Positions 60,841 to 64,000 of a DNA stretch of 64,000 bases are shown here, piece after piece. The first letter of the stretch is position 1; every line of letters starts with the position of its first letter. The stretch covers positions 7,410 through 71,409 of the forward strand of contig JAUWAW010000002.1 in NCBI GenBank assembly GCA_030601865.1, given 5' to 3'. The notes below the pieces were generated by a model. That model was not told the DNA's origin and did no database searches. It saw nothing but the letters and a program-made list of their open reading frames with translations. The translations under genes and the position numbers were made by a program. This stretch comes from Candidatus Nealsonbacteria bacterium. GTDB taxonomy: Bacteria > Patescibacteriota > Minisyncoccia > Minisyncoccales > JAUWAW01.

Positions 60841-60960
60841 GTTAACCCTGTCAAATAAAAATTCTCCGAATTTTTACGGCTCGCCCTGTTAAATAATTTG
60901 CTTTGCAAATTAAAATCGGAGATTTTATTTAACGGGGCAAGCCGTATTTGACGGGGTTAA
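60841..60960. repeat. Nested three-way-junction repeats (copy A4 inside another copy)
   Basis: Outer copy: GTTAACCCTGTCAAATA | AAAATTCtccGAATTTT | TACGGCT[..]AGCCGTA | TATTTGACGGGGTTAA. Inner copy (60883-60938): GCCCTGTTAAAT | AATTTGCtttGCAAATT | AAAATCggaGATTTT | ATTTAACGGGGC. Confidence 0.75.
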
Positions 60961-63344
60961 TCTGGGCAAGCTCCTCCTTCTACTGTTGGCCCTATTATAG
61001 GATGTACTATAATAGCAATATGGTCTTTCTCCGCCCAAGTAGTCCCGCCGCACCTGTGAATGGTATCCGTTAAGGCACTAATTTTATGTTGGTCTTTAAG
61101 CTCTACAGCATAAGAGAAAGCTACTTCTCTCCAGGGCTTAATAAGGGTACATATCTTTCCATAATGCCAGGAGCCACACTCCCGGACACACTTATCAGGG
61201 TCATTTGACTCACCGCAATTAACTTCCGGATTTTGACAGGGTGGCAATTTACATTTGTCATAGTCACACCCGTCAGTGCCTCCTCTATCTGGAAGGTTCG
61301 GGTCAGAGATTGAACTAATGGGACCAGGATTTATAGGTGCACCTTTAACTGGGTCTGTGTAAATGCACTCAATAACGTCTTTTAGAGCTTGAGTAGCATC
61401 ACTCCATTGTTTTGAAGTTTTAATAAATCCTGCGAATACCCCTGCCTTGTCGCAATCCGGAATTTTATCTGTATCGCAGACCATAGGCCAGGGAGGACCG
61501 CTTGGTTTTTCGGTACAAACCCCTTGGCAACAATAACCAATCGCGCAAGCACCGGTTAGAATAGAACAGTTATTATAAGCGCTACAAGGATTATCTTTAC
61601 AAATTCCAGTGCATGTTGTAGGCACCACTGGTCCTCCTGTTACCTCTCCACAGACAAAGAAATCAATTGGCCCACATTCTTTTATTTTTTGTATTAAATC
61701 CGGTGTTGTTGGGCAGCAGGGAAAGATATCGTAGCCGGGACAATGATCCGGGTTTCCAGTCCATAGATATCCAGTTTCTGTATTATCATATTCTAACATA
61801 GCTTGTATATCCTCGCAAAGATAAAGACCTTGGCCCGTAGAAGCTCTTTTTGTTTCATCTACTATACCGGCTAAAGTAGTATAGTGTTGTCTTAATCCGT
61901 CAGGACACAAAACATCAGAACATATTTCTTCTGGCTTTGGCCCAGCAATTTGCTTTGCCTTTTGTTTTTTCTCGGCAAAGCCATTAGGGAAAGGAGCAGA
62001 GGAATTTTCAGGTTGTTCACAGGGTGCCCCACATTCCCAGGGAGGAATTAGGCCATCGCCTTTGGTGTGGCAGCCCTGAAGATCAGGCAAGCACCAGAAC
62101 TTTGTTATTCTTTCATTTAGTTCTGCTTTAAGAGGAGGAAGAGGAGGAGAGCAAGAGCAATTGACATTTTTACATTGACAGCCATCAGCTGCTGCAGCTA
62201 ATTTATCAATGGCATCATATGCTTGTTTAAGTGGCTCTATGGGAAAGGTAATTTTTTCATATTTTGTCTCTTCTCCCTCTGCCCAGATGCAATAGAAATC
62301 ACGTCCCTCTTCGCAGTCAATTGGCCCGAGCCAATCTTGGACACTCTTGGCATATGAGCAGGGGAAAAGTATTTTTCCTTCATCAGCTATACACTCGTTT
62401 ATATCTTCTTTTGCCTGGTCTAAGGCTAATTTTAATTTATCTGCTGTTAATAAACCCTCGTTAACAACTGTTTCAACTTTGTCTATTGCTTTATTGATCC
62501 CGTTTTCTGCATTTGGTTCTGGGCAGGTTTCTTCTCCGGTATCGCAGAAAGGCGGAGTGCAGTTCCCTGGAGGGTCTGGAAAGGATCGTGATATTGGAAT
62601 TATTATTGGTTCGGTGCCTCCTGGACAACCCAGATCAGTACAAGGTTGGAAACAGTAAAGCCCTATAAATGGGAGAGTTGCCCACGGTTTACAGCAACCG
62701 TCATAAAGACATGGGCCCCATGCTGGTATATTTATTACCATCTCGCCCTCCACTGCAAATTGATATTGACAATTATGTCCTTTGCAGTATTGCCGTGCAT
62801 CGCGCTGTTTGGCGAATTTGGCAAAACTTGTCATTGTTCCTACGACATTTTTTGTTTTAAGAAATTTTATGGTGTCGTCAATTGCCTGGTCTAAATCAAT
62901 TGAGGTAATAACTTTTGGTATTGGCGGAGTAGGAGGTTCTGGCGGTTCTGGTTCTGGAGCTTTGACCACTTCTTCTATGGTTGGTTCTGTTAATTCTACT
63001 AATTCAGGACCAATGGTATTGAGAATTAAAAAAGAAGCCAGCAAAAGCACCAAGCCAATTAAAGCATTGAAGACCTGGCTTTTAGCATCACCCATTTTGC
63101 TGGGGTTGCCCATTGAGGTTAAATAACGAAATCCGCCCACGACAATCATAATGAAAGCAGCTGCTCCGGCGATGACCAGAAACATATTAAAAAGAGCGCC
63201 AACCAAATCTTTCAAAGACATATCTGTTTCAAGGGGCAACCAATCAGGATAGTCAAGTTGGAGAGCGTAGACAGAAGAAGTAAAAGAAAGCCCGAGTAGA
63301 ACGAGAAATGTTATTTGGATTGAATATCTTGAGAGATTAGACAC
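60957..63344 (-). CDS. Pilin-module fusion protein 2: signal peptide + VirB2/TrbC-like pilin module + Pro-rich linker + about 650-aa very Cys-rich ectodomain
   Basis: TSSVYALQLDYPDW...LVGALFNMFLVIAGAAAFIMIVVGGFRYLTSMGNPSKMGDAKSQVFNALIGLVLLLASFLILNTIGPELV, then PEPEPPEPPTPPIP, then dozens of Cys. I prefer the GTG at 63344 (VSNLSRYSIQITFLVLLG, parallel to MTQFSKQLIKTTFIILLG). The track TTG start at 63383 lies in repeat B2. Confidence 0.6.
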   Translation of the reverse strand: MSNLSRYSIQITFLVLLGLSFTSSVYALQLDYPDWLPLETDMSLKDLVGALFNMFLVIAGAAAFIMIVVGGFRYLTSMGNPSKMGDAKSQVFNALIGLVLLLASFLILNTIGPELVELTEPTIEEVVKAPEPEPPEPPTPPIPKVITSIDLDQAIDDTIKFLKTKNVVGTMTSFAKFAKQRDARQYCKGHNCQYQFAVEGEMVINIPAWGPCLYDGCCKPWATLPFIGLYCFQPCTDLGCPGGTEPIIIPISRSFPDPPGNCTPPFCDTGEETCPEPNAENGINKAIDKVETVVNEGLLTADKLKLALDQAKEDINECIADEGKILFPCSYAKSVQDWLGPIDCEEGRDFYCIWAEGEETKYEKITFPIEPLKQAYDAIDKLAAAADGCQCKNVNCSCSPPLPPLKAELNERITKFWCLPDLQGCHTKGDGLIPPWECGAPCEQPENSSAPFPNGFAEKKQKAKQIAGPKPEEICSDVLCPDGLRQHYTTLAGIVDETKRASTGQGLYLCEDIQAMLEYDNTETGYLWTGNPDHCPGYDIFPCCPTTPDLIQKIKECGPIDFFVCGEVTGGPVVPTTCTGICKDNPCSAYNNCSILTGACAIGYCCQGVCTEKPSGPPWPMVCDTDKIPDCDKAGVFAGFIKTSKQWSDATQALKDVIECIYTDPVKGAPINPGPISSISDPNLPDRGGTDGCDYDKCKLPPCQNPEVNCGESNDPDKCVRECGSWHYGKICTLIKPWREVAFSYAVELKDQHKISALTDTIHRCGGTTWAEKDHIAIIVHPIIGPTVEGGACPD

Positions 63345-63346
63345 AG

Positions 63347-63471
63347 AATAATCACCAAGATACAAGAAACAATAACCAAACAAATCTCAATAACCAATAA
63401 CCAAACAGTTTGGTGATTGGTTATTGAAGATTGGTTATTGTTTGTATCTTGTTTCTTGGTGATTGGTTATT
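63347..63471. repeat. Long imperfect hairpin, copy B2
   Basis: AATAATCACCAAGATACAAGAAACAATAACCAAACAAATCTCAATAACCAATAACCAAAC-ag-GTTTGGTGATTGGTTATTGAAGATTGGTTATTGTTTGTATCTTGTTTCTTGGTGATTGGTTATT. Confidence 0.75.
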
Positions 63472-63489
63472 CTTTTGCGGAGCAAAAGG

Positions 63490-64000
63490 TTATTCTCCAC
63501 GCTCGCGGAGCATCAAAAACACACTAATGGTCCAGAAAGGGATAAGGCCGATGATAAGCCCGACGACCCACATAAAAAGCCCGGTTTCGGCTAAAAAAGT
63601 TAAGCCGGCTTTGGTTAGGACCTTACGAAAGGGCTTGGCAAGTTTGGCCAGGCCTTTCTGCGCTTGCGACAGGGCTTTATCTATGGTTTTGCTGGATTTG
63701 CCTAATTTTTTAAGGTTAGCCCTTTGCTTTTCAAACTTTTTGATTAAGGCCTCTTGACGTTGCTTTTTGCTTTTGACCATTTGTCCAATGCGCCAAAACA
63801 TCCAGCCGCCAATAAAAGCAAGGACTGCGCCATCAATAGCCCAGGAAACAGCGCTAGTGATTGTCCAGATATCAAGGAGCCCCAAAAGAATGATAATAAA
63901 GTCAACCAAATCAACAAATATAGCAAAAAAGAGCATTAGTATCCAGTCAGGATCTAATGGGGAAACCATCATGGCTGGCTCGGTCTCTTCGGTTTCAGGA
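63490..64000 (-). CDS. Membrane protein with central basic coiled-coil segment (may extend beyond window end)
   Basis: Track ORF of 160 aa (4 TM + KSKKQRQEALIKKFEKQRANLKKLGK). The frame stays open from 63972 to 64000 (PETEETEPAMM...), so the true start may lie outside the window. Confidence 0.45.
   Translation of the reverse strand, partial: PETEETEPAMMVSPLDPDWILMLFFAIFVDLVDFIIILLGLLDIWTITSAVSWAIDGAVLAFIGGWMFWRIGQMVKSKKQRQEALIKKFEKQRANLKKLGKSSKTIDKALSQAQKGLAKLAKPFRKVLTKAGLTFLAETGLFMWVVGLIIGLIPFWTISVFLMLRERGE

Noticed and set aside
1-64000. Mobile-element enzymes, prophage genes, reverse transcriptase/DGR, CRISPR-Cas, classical toxin-antitoxin pairs, rRNA operon
   Set aside because: I read all track ORFs and found no transposase, integrase, RT, Cas, capsid or terminase motifs and no rRNA-like sequence. 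The repeats therefore have no obvious mobilising enzyme within this window.

Overview
The window is an AT-rich, gene-dense bacterial chromosomal segment that spans the replication-origin neighbourhood. On one side are dnaA and dnaN on the minus strand (54335-56979). On the other side rpmH-rnpA-yidD-yidC-jag run divergently on the plus strand (57138-59107). The gene content looks like a reduced-genome Patescibacteria/CPR-type organism; this placement is inference only. That content includes anaerobic RNR NrdDG, RtcB, bacterial Elp3, PolX, a short FtsZ, two HtrA proteases, IorAB, a ComEC without a lactamase domain, DUF4430/DUF6580, TIGR00725 paralogues and CPR-type pilin modules.

I call about 70 CDS. 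These include an edge-truncated rny, rpmH and several sub-60-aa ORFs that are missing from the ORF track. I also call 4 tRNAs (Ala-GGC, Arg-CCU, Arg-CCG, Glu-CUC), one cobalamin riboswitch, and one promoter-to-terminator structured RNA of unknown class. I saw no rRNA, CRISPR array, transposase, integrase or reverse transcriptase.

The most unusual property is a dense population of at least eight families of small hairpin or palindromic repeats:
- a three-way-junction element
- CCCCCACACC stem-loops
- GC-rich GCGAAGC-tipped hairpins
- AATACGCCATAAG palindromes
- ATTCGTR heptamer arrays
- roughly 110-nt long hairpins
- CGATCG-centred palindromes
- a 60-nt TATATATTTATAC element

Many copies sit in frame inside housekeeping genes: iorA, iorB, leuS, elp3, yebC, polX, the Mur ligase, a Nudix gene, the DUF296 gene and the DUF6580 gene. 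One copy sits inside the riboswitch, and one is nested inside another copy.

Other notable loci:
- Two paralogous genes beside the origin fuse a VirB2/TrbC-like pilin membrane module to large divergent ectodomains, one of them very Cys-rich.
- A four-gene secreted cell-wall-enzyme operon runs DUF3160, Nudix, CapA-amidase fusion, FGE-sulfatase/glucosaminidase-like fusion.
- A GIY-YIG cassette bounded by inverted repeats abuts tRNA-Ala.

All functional calls rest on motifs I read in the translations. No database search was possible.
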